A stretch of DNA of 64,000 nucleotides from Verrucomicrobiia bacterium (GTDB taxonomy: Bacteria > Verrucomicrobiota > Verrucomicrobiia > Limisphaerales > UBA1319): NCBI GenBank assembly GCA_963664225.1, contig OY760937.1:5408001-5472000 (forward strand), given 5' to 3'. Positions 1-10,080 of the stretch are shown piece by piece. Numbering within the stretch: the stretch's first letter is position 1; each line of letters starts with the position of its first letter. A program made the position numbers and the translations under genes. The notes under the pieces are model-generated. The model worked only from the letters and a program-made list of their open reading frames with translations. It was not told where the DNA came from and did no database searches.

Positions 1-1
1 G

Positions 2-136
2 CTACCTATGATGAGTGTCTCTATGTGGCCTGCCCATGATGGAACTGTCTGGGCGGAGGTTGCCGGTGCATCCAAATCGGATGACACAATCAACGTTTCT
101 GAACAACGCTTCTACCGGGTCCTTCTTGTGCCATAG
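2..136 (+). CDS. 3' end of an upstream gene, paralog (at least at the C-terminus) of the two following beta-propeller proteins; partial
   Basis: Frame 2 reads ...WPAHDGTVWAEVAGASKSDDTINVSEQRFYRVLLVP* (TAG 134-136), nearly identical to the end of 302..3502 (ASKSDDTINGSEQRFYRVLLVP). Confidence 0.85.
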   Translation, partial: LPMMSVSMWPAHDGTVWAEVAGASKSDDTINVSEQRFYRVLLVP

Positions 137-177
137 TCACGCAAACAGCGTGCTTTTCATCTGATAGGGCCGAGTAC

Positions 178-207
178 AGTGTCAAAATCCCCGTGGATTT
201 TGACACT
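178..207. repeat. Perfect 13-bp inverted repeat (operator or hairpin)
   Basis: AGTGTCAAAATCC-CCGT-GGATTTTGACACT between paralogs; no U-tract follows. Confidence 0.6.
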
Positions 208-301
208 TGCATTATACCGTGAATGCCTTTTGAATAATTGGCATCCAGACGTTGATGGATCAGGGGATCGGTGGTTTTGCTGCGTTCCAGATGGACCTAT
301 C

Positions 302-3300
302 ATGAATATGAAAACTGTTGTCCTGGTGTTTCTCGCTTATTTGGCCGCTTCCAGCCGCGTGTGTCTGGCGGATATTGAGCCGGTATCATTCGTGGATCCA
401 TCCATTGCGAACAGCCTTTCTGCAAACGGATATTCGGCGATGTCAGAAATAAGTCCGGATGGGCGCTATGTCGTGTTTGAGAGCATCGCAAGCAACCTGG
501 CAACGAACGATTACAATTATTGCGCTGACGTTTTTTTGCGCGATCGCCAATCCGGTACAACCATTTTGATCAGTGCCAATCCGGATGGTTTCAGCGGGCA
601 TGGCGGTTCCAGTAGTTCCTCCATGAGCACAAACGGAGCTTGGGTTGCTTTTGAAAGTGATGCCGAAGATCTGGCTGCCGGGGACGACAACGGTGTCACG
701 GATGTCTTTCTAAGAAGTGTCACACTGGGGCAAACCTCCCTGGTCAGTGTGAATACCAATGGAACTTCGGCAAATGGTCCATCGACCTTTCCCATCATCA
801 CTCCAGACGGACGGTTCGTGGCATTTGAAAGCGCGGCGACTGATTTGGTGACCAACGTCAGCGCGATGGTCAACATGCGTGGCAGCGGCATTAACGTTTA
901 TCTGCGCGATCTATCCAGCAATGCCACGTTTCTTGCCAGTGGAAGCTCCAACGGGTTCGCCGGAGGTGACGGGGAATCCAAATTGTCAGCCGTATCTGCG
1001 GACGGGCGGTATGTCCTGTTCTCGAGTTTTGCCAAAAACATTGGCGCGCCATTGAACTCTGGCAGTGATATTTATTTGCGGGATATCCAGGCTCAGAGCA
1101 ACTACTGGGTCAGCACCAATGTGGCGCAGTTGCTTGGAGTGGGGAGGTATATCAAATATAGTGCCAATTGCTTCAATCCTGTGATGAGTGGCGATGGCCG
1201 GAGCATTGCCTTTCGCGTCATAAAGGATTATTCGAGCCTGATCGTGCGCCACGATCTCGCCTCCAACACCACGTTGGTGATCTCCTCGAACCGCTACCCA
1301 ACGTTCGTTTTTCCGTCGGATTACACAGGTCCTGCCATCAGTGAAGATGGCGGGGTTATTGCCTATGCGGAGGTCGATAAAAAATATATTAACACCACGA
1401 CAAATCAGATTTACGTATGGGATTCCATCAGTAAAACAAACACGATGGTTACTTGGGCGCCTGATGGCAAAACATTCGGCAATGCGGGTTCCGATTGCCC
1501 GGTGCTCAGTGCTGACGGGAGCACGCTGGCCTTTTTAAGCGCAGCCACAAACCTGGTTGCCGGCACGTCTGCTGAAGCTCATGTCCGTTTATATCTCCGC
1601 GATCTTGCCGCTGGTGTCACTAAACTCGGCAATCAAGAAACCAACCCATCTAAACCCCTCGGTGATGTCCTGGAATATCCGGTGCTCAGCGCGGACGGCA
1701 GTTTGGCGGCTTTTGGCTGCTCTTCAGATGGATTGGTGGACAGCGACAATAACGGCGTGGATGATGTGTTTATCAACCACACTGAAACCGGCATTACCGA
1801 ACTGGTCTCTTCCCGGTCCCCGGTGCTCGATTTCACGATTGCCTCCAGCGGCAGTTTTATCGCGGAAAACGGATTGAGTCGTGATGGGCGTTTTGCCGTA
1901 TTCTCCACAGCGGCAGATAACATGGTGGCTGGAGATGCAAATGTCGCCTGGGACATCTTTGTTCGAGACCTTCAGACGAAAGACCTCATTCTTGTGAGTG
2001 GGAATATCGACGGCATCGGCACTGGCAATGGATCTTCCATGCTGCCATCCATCAGCGCTGACGGAAATTTGGTGGCTTTTCAAAGCGAGGCATCGGATCT
2101 GGTATCCGGGGATACCAACAAGACAACCGATGTGTTCCTTTATGACCTCGCCACCAGGGAGATCCGGTTGGTCAGTGCAGCCTATGGCGGCACTGGAAGC
2201 GCGTTGGGGGCCTCAGAAAGCCCCGTAATTACTCATGATGGCCGCACCGTGGTCTTTAGGAGCAAGGCAAAAAATCTTACCTCCAAAACTTTCACTGATT
2301 CGCTTCCCAAACTTTACGCACGCGATATCGCGGCCGGATCAAATGTCGTCATTTCCTTTAACAATTTGCCCATTGGAAATCCTTTGCTATTGGATATTGC
2401 GCCTGACAGCCAACGCATCGCCTTTGTTGGAAATGCCAGCCTCGGAGCCATGCCGCTTTACATCCATGATATTTCCGCCCAACTCAGTGAAAATATCGAC
2501 ACCATCACCAGCCAGACTCATCCTCTAGCCACATTCAGTGGTGATGGACGCTGGCTGGCTTACCTCAATGCCGTTACAACCAAAAGCAACAATCTGATCC
2601 TGCGTGATCTGGTGGCAAAAACCAACCTGACCCTGGGTGTGGATGGCGGGGTCTGGAAAATATCCTTCAATGGGGATGGTTCCCGCCTGGCCTACGAAGC
2701 CCTTGGCACTGTGTCCATGCCGACGAATACACACCAGATCTTCGTGTTCGACAGGGCTCAGGGTTCGAACATTCTGGTCAGCGCAACAGTGGGAGGTGAT
2801 AACGGTGGAAATGGCGATTCCCGCAATCCGATCCTCAGCCAGGACGGAAGATATGTTTATTTCAACAGCCACGCCACGGACCTTGCCAATGTGGTCGATC
2901 AACAGATTTGGGCTGACGTGTTCGTTCGGGACTTGAATGACGGCACGACTCGCCTGCTCAGCGTCAACAGGTTTAAGACCGGCGCCGGCAATAGCCAGTC
3001 GGTTCTGCGGGCATTAAGCGCGGATGGAAAGGTCGTGGCCATTGAGAGTGTGGCATCAGACTTGGTCCCCATGGATTTGAACATGTCCAAAGATGTGTTT
3101 GTCCTGCGTCTCAATGCGGCTGTGGAGGATTCGGATAATGATGGCCTCAGCGACAGTTGGGAGATCGAGCATTTTGGCAGCCTGGATCGCAATGGGGCGG
3201 GGGATTACGACGGGGATGGCATGAGCGACAGTGCGGAATATTTGGCGGGAACAAATCCAGCGGATAAACAATCCGCATTGGTTATAACACAAATAGGGAA

Positions 3301-3502
3301 AGTTGGTGAACCAGGTCGGCTTATCAACTGGAAGGCGATCCCCGGAAAAACTTACGCCATTCAATTCAAGTCCAATTTGAATGCCACGGCATGGGAGAAT
3401 CTGGCAGGAACAATCAAGGCCGACTCGATCACAGCATCGAAATCGGATGATACAATCAACGGTTCTGAACAACGATTTTACCGGGTGCTACTTGTGCCAT
3501 AA
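302..3502 (+). CDS. Secreted TolB/PD40-like multi-beta-propeller protein with Asp-rich Ca-binding repeats and C-terminal RFYRV domain
   Basis: ATG 302 gives signal peptide MNMKTVVLVFLAYLAASSRVCLA; many repeats of IS(A/P)DGRxVAFxSxAxxL..DxN..DVF.RDL; DSDNDGLSDSWE/DYDGDGMSDSAE near the C-terminus. ORF track start at 179 is probably too early. Confidence 0.85.
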   Translation: MNMKTVVLVFLAYLAASSRVCLADIEPVSFVDPSIANSLSANGYSAMSEISPDGRYVVFESIASNLATNDYNYCADVFLRDRQSGTTILISANPDGFSGHGGSSSSSMSTNGAWVAFESDAEDLAAGDDNGVTDVFLRSVTLGQTSLVSVNTNGTSANGPSTFPIITPDGRFVAFESAATDLVTNVSAMVNMRGSGINVYLRDLSSNATFLASGSSNGFAGGDGESKLSAVSADGRYVLFSSFAKNIGAPLNSGSDIYLRDIQAQSNYWVSTNVAQLLGVGRYIKYSANCFNPVMSGDGRSIAFRVIKDYSSLIVRHDLASNTTLVISSNRYPTFVFPSDYTGPAISEDGGVIAYAEVDKKYINTTTNQIYVWDSISKTNTMVTWAPDGKTFGNAGSDCPVLSADGSTLAFLSAATNLVAGTSAEAHVRLYLRDLAAGVTKLGNQETNPSKPLGDVLEYPVLSADGSLAAFGCSSDGLVDSDNNGVDDVFINHTETGITELVSSRSPVLDFTIASSGSFIAENGLSRDGRFAVFSTAADNMVAGDANVAWDIFVRDLQTKDLILVSGNIDGIGTGNGSSMLPSISADGNLVAFQSEASDLVSGDTNKTTDVFLYDLATREIRLVSAAYGGTGSALGASESPVITHDGRTVVFRSKAKNLTSKTFTDSLPKLYARDIAAGSNVVISFNNLPIGNPLLLDIAPDSQRIAFVGNASLGAMPLYIHDISAQLSENIDTITSQTHPLATFSGDGRWLAYLNAVTTKSNNLILRDLVAKTNLTLGVDGGVWKISFNGDGSRLAYEALGTVSMPTNTHQIFVFDRAQGSNILVSATVGGDNGGNGDSRNPILSQDGRYVYFNSHATDLANVVDQQIWADVFVRDLNDGTTRLLSVNRFKTGAGNSQSVLRALSADGKVVAIESVASDLVPMDLNMSKDVFVLRLNAAVEDSDNDGLSDSWEIEHFGSLDRNGAGDYDGDGMSDSAEYLAGTNPADKQSALVITQIGKVGEPGRLINWKAIPGKTYAIQFKSNLNATAWENLAGTIKADSITASKSDDTINGSEQRFYRVLLVP

Positions 3503-3583
3503 ATGACGCATTGCCGCGTGTTTTTCATCAGGTTTGATAAGAAGCACGAAATCTGACGTGGGAATATCGAATGAATATTGGCT

Positions 3584-3599
3584 TGGCATGAATTGTGCT
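3584..3599 (+). promoter_or_regulatory. Putative sigma-54 -24/-12 promoter
   Basis: TGGCATGAATTGTGCT versus consensus TGGCACG-N4-TTGCW; correct GG/GC spacing, about 60 nt before ATG 3661. Confidence 0.45.
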
Positions 3600-3660
3600 T
3601 TGAAATAACACAACAATTGGAAGGTGTTACCGCAAGTTAGATTGCCTTGGGAAAATCAAT

Positions 3661-6600
3661 ATGAATGCAAATATAATCGCCTTGGTGTGCTTCGGTCTTT
3701 CGATCACTTTCAGTCGCCTATGTCTGGCGGACATTGAACCTGTTTCAGTTGCGGATCCCAATGTGGCGGCCAGCGTCTCCGGGAACGGGTTTTCATCGGT
3801 GTCAGAAATGAGTTCCGACGGTCGTTTCGTAGTATTTACCAGTCTCGCAGGCAACTTGACAACGAATGACAACAACCATTATTTGGATGTCTTTCTCCGC
3901 GATCGCCAGTTCGGTAACACTGCTTTAATCAGCGTCAACCCGGATGGTTTCAGCGGCAACGGCCCCTCTGGCAGTCCCAGCCTGAGCACAAACGGCGCAT
4001 GGATTGCATTTCAGAGTGAAGCTGAAGATTTGACAGCCAGTGATAACAATGGGGTGAAAGATATATTTGTGAGAAATCTCACGCTGGGCCAGACCACCCT
4101 GGTGAGCGTGAACACCAATGGCACCTCTGGAGACAGCGTGTCAACGTCTCCAATTATCACACCGGATGGACGGTTTGTGGCGTTTCAAAGTCTGGCAGGG
4201 GATTTGGTGACCAACTACGACTTGGGCAAGGGCGTCCGTTTTGCCAATGTGTATCTGCGCGACCTGGTCAACAATACGACCGCTCTGGCCAGCGTGGGCA
4301 CCAATGGACTCTCCGGTTCCAATGGTGACTCCTCTTTATCAGGCGTGTCAGCCGATGGCAGATATGTGCTTTTTGTAAGCTCGGCAAGGAACCTCGGCCC
4401 GAATATCACCACTGGGAGTGAGGTGTTCTTGCGCGATATGCAGATGGGGCAGACTTATTGGATCAGCACCAACGTGGCGAAGGTCACGCAGCAAATGCTT
4501 TCAAGTGCCGCACCCCTGTGTTTCAATCCTGTGATGAGTGGCGATGGTCAGAGCCTGGCCTTCCGGGTCACAAAGGATCCTTGGAGCATCGTGCTGCGGC
4601 ACGATCTGGCCTCCAATACCACTTTGGTGATTTCATCAAACCGGTTTTCCGCATCGGTTTTCAGTTGGGATTACGCCGGGCCTTCGATCAGTGAGGATGG
4701 CACTGTCATTGCCTACATGGAGGCCACGAAAGGATCCACAGTGCTTGCGACGAACCAGGTTTTTGTGTGGGACGCAGTTACCAAGACAAACAAAATGGTG
4801 AGCGTGTCGCCCGACGGCGATCCCGGCAATGCCAGTTCCGACAGCCCGGCTCTCAGCGCCGATGGCCGCCTGTTGGCATTCTTAAGCGTGGCCACAAACC
4901 TGGTTGACAATACCCCGACCGGAGACCATGCCCGGGCCTATGTTCGAGATCTGTCTTCGGGCGTTACGAAACTCCTGAGCGTGGAAACCAACTCGGAGAA
5001 ACCGGCTGGTGATGTTTTTGAATACCCCATTATCAACGCGGACGGCAGCGTTATTGCTTATAGCAGTTCCTCAGACGGTTTGGTGAGTAATGACAATAAT
5101 GGCGAGGAAGATGTGTTTGTAAGCAACACGCAAACCGGCATTACCGAACTGATCTCGTCCAAAGCCCCAACGATTGAGTCCGCGACGCCGGATGACAACA
5201 GTTTCATCCCCGCAAACGGGTTGAGCAGCGATGGGAGATTTGCCGTGTTCTCAACCTTGGCGGACAACATGACGGCAAGGGATACGAATTCGTACTATGA
5301 TATCTTTGTGCGCGACATGGCGACGGGCAAAAGCCTGCTTGTGAGCATGAACACCGATGGGACTGGAACTTGCAACGGAAACTCCACGCAACCATCCGTC
5401 AGCGCGGATGGACGTCTGGTGGCGTTTCAAAGTGATGGATCGGATCTTGTCGCAGGCGATACCAACAATGCAATGGACGTATTCATTCAGGATCTGGACA
5501 CCCGGGAAACACGGCTGGTCAGCGCAAGATATGATGGTGCTGGCAGCGCTTCGGGAGTGTCAGACAGCCCTGCGATTACACCTGATGGCCGGTATGTGAT
5601 TTATCGCAGCAATGCGAAAGATCTCACAACGAACGCATTTAGCGATTCCACCTTCAAAGCATACGCATATGACACTGCGACCGGGATCAATTACGTAATG
5701 TGGTTGAATAACAATCCCATTAAAAATCCGTCGTTTCCATCCATTTCACCCGACAGTCGGTATGCCGCCATATTTGGCTATAGCGGCCCTGGTTCGACGT
5801 CTTTCAGCATCAACGAGCTTGCCGCGCATGTTGGAGAGGGAATGAGTGCCACCAATGGTCAACCCATGGGTCCAGTCGCCTTCAGCGGTGATGGACGGTG
5901 GGTTGCGTTTGTGAATACCTTGTCGTTAGTAAATAGCAGCGTAGTTCTTTGGGATCAGTCTGCCAAAACAAATCTGGTGATTGGCGCCGGCAAGGGTGTG
6001 TGGAATTTATCCCTGAATGGGGACGGTTCGCGCGTGGTGTATGAAAGGATTGGCACATCATCCATGCCCACAAACAAACACCAGATCTTCTTATACGACC
6101 GATTTTTTGGTTCGAATATCCTGGTCAGTGTGAACTCTACCGGAACCAATGGTGGAAATGGCGATTCCCGCAATCCGATCATCAGCCCGGATGGACGTTT
6201 TGTGTATTTCAGCAGTCAGGCCACTGACCTTGTTGTGGATGCCGATCAAAATGGTAGCACCGATGTTTTCGTTCGGGATTTGAACAGCGGCACCACACGG
6301 TTGCTCAGCGTTAACCGATTCAAAACAGGCGCAGGAAATAACCAGTCTGTCCTAAAGGCCTTAAGCGCGGATGGACAGGTCGTGGCCATGGAGAGTTTTG
6401 CTTCGGATCTGACGCCACTGGATATGAACATGGCCAAAGACGTGTTTGTTTTACGCGTGCAAGCGAGTCTGGAGGATGCAGACAACGACGGTTTGCCTGA
6501 TAGTTGGGAGACGAAGTATTTCGGCAACATTGAGCGCGATGGGACAGGGGATTTCGACATCGACGAGATGAGTGACGGGGCGGAATTTCTGGCGGGGACC

Positions 6601-6846
6601 GATCCGACGGACAAACAATCCGTGCTGCGCGTGACCCAGGTTGGAACCACCGTTACGGGCCGTCGTATCACCTGGTCGGCGATACCGGGAAAAACCTACC
6701 TGATTCAATTCAAAACCAACCTGATCGACGTGGCATGGGAGGACCTCGCAGGAACCATCAAGGCGGACGCGACCACCGCATCGAAATCAGATGATACAAC
6801 AAGTGGCGCTGAGCAGCGGTTTTACCGAGTTCTTCTGATGCCATAA
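3661..6846 (+). CDS. Secreted TolB/PD40-like multi-beta-propeller protein, tandem paralog of 302..3502
   Basis: Signal peptide ending CLA-DIEPVS as in the paralog; colinear repeats; DADNDGLPDSWE; ends EQRFYRVLLMP. Confidence 0.88.
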   Translation: MNANIIALVCFGLSITFSRLCLADIEPVSVADPNVAASVSGNGFSSVSEMSSDGRFVVFTSLAGNLTTNDNNHYLDVFLRDRQFGNTALISVNPDGFSGNGPSGSPSLSTNGAWIAFQSEAEDLTASDNNGVKDIFVRNLTLGQTTLVSVNTNGTSGDSVSTSPIITPDGRFVAFQSLAGDLVTNYDLGKGVRFANVYLRDLVNNTTALASVGTNGLSGSNGDSSLSGVSADGRYVLFVSSARNLGPNITTGSEVFLRDMQMGQTYWISTNVAKVTQQMLSSAAPLCFNPVMSGDGQSLAFRVTKDPWSIVLRHDLASNTTLVISSNRFSASVFSWDYAGPSISEDGTVIAYMEATKGSTVLATNQVFVWDAVTKTNKMVSVSPDGDPGNASSDSPALSADGRLLAFLSVATNLVDNTPTGDHARAYVRDLSSGVTKLLSVETNSEKPAGDVFEYPIINADGSVIAYSSSSDGLVSNDNNGEEDVFVSNTQTGITELISSKAPTIESATPDDNSFIPANGLSSDGRFAVFSTLADNMTARDTNSYYDIFVRDMATGKSLLVSMNTDGTGTCNGNSTQPSVSADGRLVAFQSDGSDLVAGDTNNAMDVFIQDLDTRETRLVSARYDGAGSASGVSDSPAITPDGRYVIYRSNAKDLTTNAFSDSTFKAYAYDTATGINYVMWLNNNPIKNPSFPSISPDSRYAAIFGYSGPGSTSFSINELAAHVGEGMSATNGQPMGPVAFSGDGRWVAFVNTLSLVNSSVVLWDQSAKTNLVIGAGKGVWNLSLNGDGSRVVYERIGTSSMPTNKHQIFLYDRFFGSNILVSVNSTGTNGGNGDSRNPIISPDGRFVYFSSQATDLVVDADQNGSTDVFVRDLNSGTTRLLSVNRFKTGAGNNQSVLKALSADGQVVAMESFASDLTPLDMNMAKDVFVLRVQASLEDADNDGLPDSWETKYFGNIERDGTGDFDIDEMSDGAEFLAGTDPTDKQSVLRVTQVGTTVTGRRITWSAIPGKTYLIQFKTNLIDVAWEDLAGTIKADATTASKSDDTTSGAEQRFYRVLLMP

Positions 6847-6922
6847 TGGCGCATTGCATCTGTTTTAGACCTGAATTGTGCGCAAATGCAAATTTCTGCG
6901 GGTTCATTTGCGCAATTCAAGT

Positions 6923-6950
6923 TTGACACTGTTTTGGCCTTTGTTAGATT
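6923..6950 (+). promoter_or_regulatory. Putative sigma-70 promoter of ppdK
   Basis: TTGACA (6923-6928), 16 nt, TAGATT with TGn extension; preceded by an imperfect inverted repeat 6872-6919 (TGCGCAAATG/CATTTGCGCA core). Confidence 0.45.
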
Positions 6951-7009
6951 CGCAACCCGGTTTTCGTACACACAATTTGTTTTCGCTGAAGGGCGAATAA
7001 TCGAGATTT

Positions 7010-9781
7010 ATGGCTAAAAGCACAAAATACGTTTACCTTTTTGGTAATAAAAAGGCCGATGGCAATGGCACGATGAAGGCCTTGCTGGGTGGTAAGGGCG
7101 CCAATCTGGCGGAAATGACCCGCATTGGGTTGCCTGTGCCTCCGGGGTTTACCATCAGCACCGAGGTTTGCACCTACTTCTACGACAACAAGAGGACATA
7201 TCCCAAGGATTTGCAGCCGCAGATCAAGGCGGGCGTTGCTCATTTGGAGAAGATTTTGGGCAAAAAGCTTGGCGATCTCAATAAGCCCTTGCTCGTGTCC
7301 GTTCGTTCCGGCGCCCGGGATTCGATGCCCGGCATGATGGATACGATTTTGAACCTCGGTTTGAACGATCAGACCGTCCAGGCGTTGGCCAAGGCCAGCA
7401 ATAACGAGCGCTTCGCGTGGGATTGTTATCGCCGGTTCGTTCAGATGTATGGGGATGTCGTCATGGGCGTGCAAAAACGGGCGGATGAACACCACGATCC
7501 ATTTGAAGCGGTGATCGAAAAACTGAAGGCTGAACTTTTCAAGGGTGACACACACACGGTTGACACCGCGATGGATGCCGCCGCCCTCAAGGAATTGGTC
7601 AAGCGTTTCAAGGCGTTGATCAAAGAGCGCACGGGCAAGGAATTTCCTTCCGATCCTTGGAAGCAACTCGAAGGTTCCATCGGCGCTGTGTTCGGTTCCT
7701 GGATGAACGACCGCGCGATCGTGTATCGCCGCAAATACGGCATTCCTCACGAGTGGGGAACCGCTGTCAACGTGCAGGCCATGGTGTATGGAAACACGGG
7801 TGAGGAATCGGGTTCGGGCGTGGCCTTCACGCGCGATCCGGCTTCGGGCGAAAAGGTGTTTTACGGTGAATTTCTGTTGAACGCCCAGGGCGAGGATGTG
7901 GTGGCCGGTATTCGCACCCCCATGCCGGTGGCCCGCCTCAACGATTACATGCCCAAGGCCTTCAAGGAATTGGAATCGATCCGCAAGACTCTCGAGAGCC
8001 ACTTCAAGGATGTGCAGGATTTCGAGTTCACCATCGAGAGCGGCGTGGTGTTCATGCTGCAAACTCGCAACGGAAAGCGCACCGGCCTCGCAGCTCTGCG
8101 ATTCGCCGTGGAGATGGAGAAGGAAAAACTGATCGACTGGCAGACCGCTGTTAAACGCGTGCCTGCGGAACAGTTGGACCAGGTGCTCGCGCCGATTTTC
8201 GATCGCACGGCCCTCAAGAACGCCAAGAACATTGCCAAGGGGCTTCCGGCGGGTCCAGGCGCTGCCTGCGGCAAAATTTACTTCAGCGGCGATCGCGCCG
8301 TGGAAGCCGCCCATAAGGGCGAGAAGGTGTTGCTCGTCCGCATGGAAACCTCCCCTGAGGACCTGCGCGGCATGATCGCTGCGGTGGGCATTCTGACCGC
8401 CCGTGGCGGTGTCAGTTCCCACGCGGCCCTCGTCGCCCGTCAGATGGGCAAAGTTTGCGTCTGCGGTGTGAGTTCCATCCAGATCGATTACGAGAAACGC
8501 ACAATGATGGTGGGCGATCTCGCCTTCAAGCAGGGCGACTATCTCTCCATCGACGGTACTTCAGGCGAAGTGTATGCGGGCGAAGTCAAAACCGCCGCTT
8601 CTGAAGTGGTCCAGGTGCTTGTGGAGAAATCCCTTGATCCCGCCAAGAGCGTAACCTACCAGAACTTCAAGAAATTGATGGATTGGTGCAGCAAGGCAAC
8701 CCGCCTGCAGGTGCGTACCAATGCGGATAATCCGGCTCAGACAGCCAATGCAGTCGCGTTTGGCGCCACGGGTATCGGCCTGTGCCGCACAGAGCACATG
8801 TTCTTCGAAGGCAATCGCATCGATGCCATGCGCGAAATGATTCTCGCGGGCAGCACGGAAGATCGCAAGAAAGCACTGGCCAAGGTTCTGCCTTATCAGC
8901 GCGAAGACTTCGTTGGCATGTTCAAGGAACTCAAAGGCCTCCCTGCCACCATCCGGTTCCTCGACCCACCGTTGCACGAGTTCCTGCCCCAATCCAAGGA
9001 GCAGCAGATGGATTTGTCCAAGAAATTGGGAATTCCTGTGGAAACGATCATGGCCCGCGTTGCGGAACTCCATGAATTCAACCCCATGCTCGGTTTCCGT
9101 GGTTGCCGTTTGGGCATCGTCTATTCGGAAATCTCGGAAATGCAGGCCCGTGCCGTGTTCGAAGCGGCTGCGGAAGTCCAGAAGCTGGGCATCAAGGTGA
9201 AACCCGAAATCATGATTCCCCTGGTCGGATTCAAGCGCGAGTTGGATCTCCAGGTGGCCGTGGTCAACACCGTGGCTCAAGAGGTCATGAAGGACAAGAA
9301 GGTCAAGCTGGCCTATATGGTCGGCACGATGATCGAAGTGCCTCGCGGTGCTTTGACCGCCGACGAAATCGCGCAAACCGCGCAATTCTTCAGCTTCGGC
9401 ACCAACGACCTTACCCAGACGACTCTGGGCATGAGCCGTGATGACTCCGGTTCTTTCCTGCCCAAATATCAGGAACTGGACATCATCAAGAGAAATGTCT
9501 TCGCGACCATTGATCAGGCTGGCGTCGGCCAGTTGATCAAGATCGCTGTGGAGAAGGGTCGCTCAACCCGGCCCGACATAAAGTTGGGCATCTGCGGCGA
9601 ACACGGTGGCGATCCCGAGTCGGTCAAGTTCTGCCATCGCGCAGGCCTCACCTACGTCAGTTGCTCGCCCTTCCGCGTTCCTGTGGCCCGTCTGGCCGCC
9701 GCGCAAGCTGCGATTGACGATGTCGCCAAGCCGACAGCCAAGAAGGCTGCCGCGAAGAAGCCCGTCGCCAAGAAGAAGTAA
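7010..9781 (+). CDS. ppdK: Pyruvate, phosphate dikinase
   Basis: [32 protein letters not shown], phospho-His motif [43 protein letters not shown]. Confidence 0.98.
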   Translation: MAKSTKYVYLFGNKKADGNGTMKALLGGKGANLAEMTRIGLPVPPGFTISTEVCTYFYDNKRTYPKDLQPQIKAGVAHLEKILGKKLGDLNKPLLVSVRSGARDSMPGMMDTILNLGLNDQTVQALAKASNNERFAWDCYRRFVQMYGDVVMGVQKRADEHHDPFEAVIEKLKAELFKGDTHTVDTAMDAAALKELVKRFKALIKERTGKEFPSDPWKQLEGSIGAVFGSWMNDRAIVYRRKYGIPHEWGTAVNVQAMVYGNTGEESGSGVAFTRDPASGEKVFYGEFLLNAQGEDVVAGIRTPMPVARLNDYMPKAFKELESIRKTLESHFKDVQDFEFTIESGVVFMLQTRNGKRTGLAALRFAVEMEKEKLIDWQTAVKRVPAEQLDQVLAPIFDRTALKNAKNIAKGLPAGPGAACGKIYFSGDRAVEAAHKGEKVLLVRMETSPEDLRGMIAAVGILTARGGVSSHAALVARQMGKVCVCGVSSIQIDYEKRTMMVGDLAFKQGDYLSIDGTSGEVYAGEVKTAASEVVQVLVEKSLDPAKSVTYQNFKKLMDWCSKATRLQVRTNADNPAQTANAVAFGATGIGLCRTEHMFFEGNRIDAMREMILAGSTEDRKKALAKVLPYQREDFVGMFKELKGLPATIRFLDPPLHEFLPQSKEQQMDLSKKLGIPVETIMARVAELHEFNPMLGFRGCRLGIVYSEISEMQARAVFEAAAEVQKLGIKVKPEIMIPLVGFKRELDLQVAVVNTVAQEVMKDKKVKLAYMVGTMIEVPRGALTADEIAQTAQFFSFGTNDLTQTTLGMSRDDSGSFLPKYQELDIIKRNVFATIDQAGVGQLIKIAVEKGRSTRPDIKLGICGEHGGDPESVKFCHRAGLTYVSCSPFRVPVARLAAAQAAIDDVAKPTAKKAAAKKPVAKKK

Positions 9782-9852
9782 TTGCACGCCGACCCTGGAT
9801 TGAACCTGGGTTGGCGCATTCAGCGGTATTGTAATAAACCCGCAATAGTTAG

Positions 9853-9883
9853 AAAACCGCCCCGAACTCCGGGGCGGTTTTTT
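9853..9883 (+). terminator. Rho-independent terminator of ppdK
   Basis: AAAACCGCCCCG-AACTC-CGGGGCGGTTTTTT. Confidence 0.85.
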
Positions 9884-10080
9884 CATTTGCGAAGGGCAGG
9901 GGAATTGCATGGGCGTTATGAACGAGGGACAATTTCGGTGCGTCCCAATCTCAACGAAGCGGTGGAGTCGTTCACGGGATGTGGGCAGTTTACCCATGAA
10001 TCCCGTTTGTTTGCATCGGGGAGATTGCTTTTTGTCTGGCAACCTTGACTGGGCGGCCGTGGATGTGCCACGGTCGGTCA

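Noticed and set aside
2..6846. Near-identical gene 3' ends as a DGR template/variable repeat pair or CRISPR-like repeats
   Set aside because: Differences are mostly synonymous and not adenine-specific; no reverse transcriptase, cas gene or repeat-spacer periodicity.
6944..8422. 492-aa minus-strand ORF and other long antisense ORFs (13885..15087, 30847..31923, 46370..47422, 58046..59083)
   Set aside because: Shadows of well-supported genes on the opposite strand, expected with GC-biased codon usage; no motifs.
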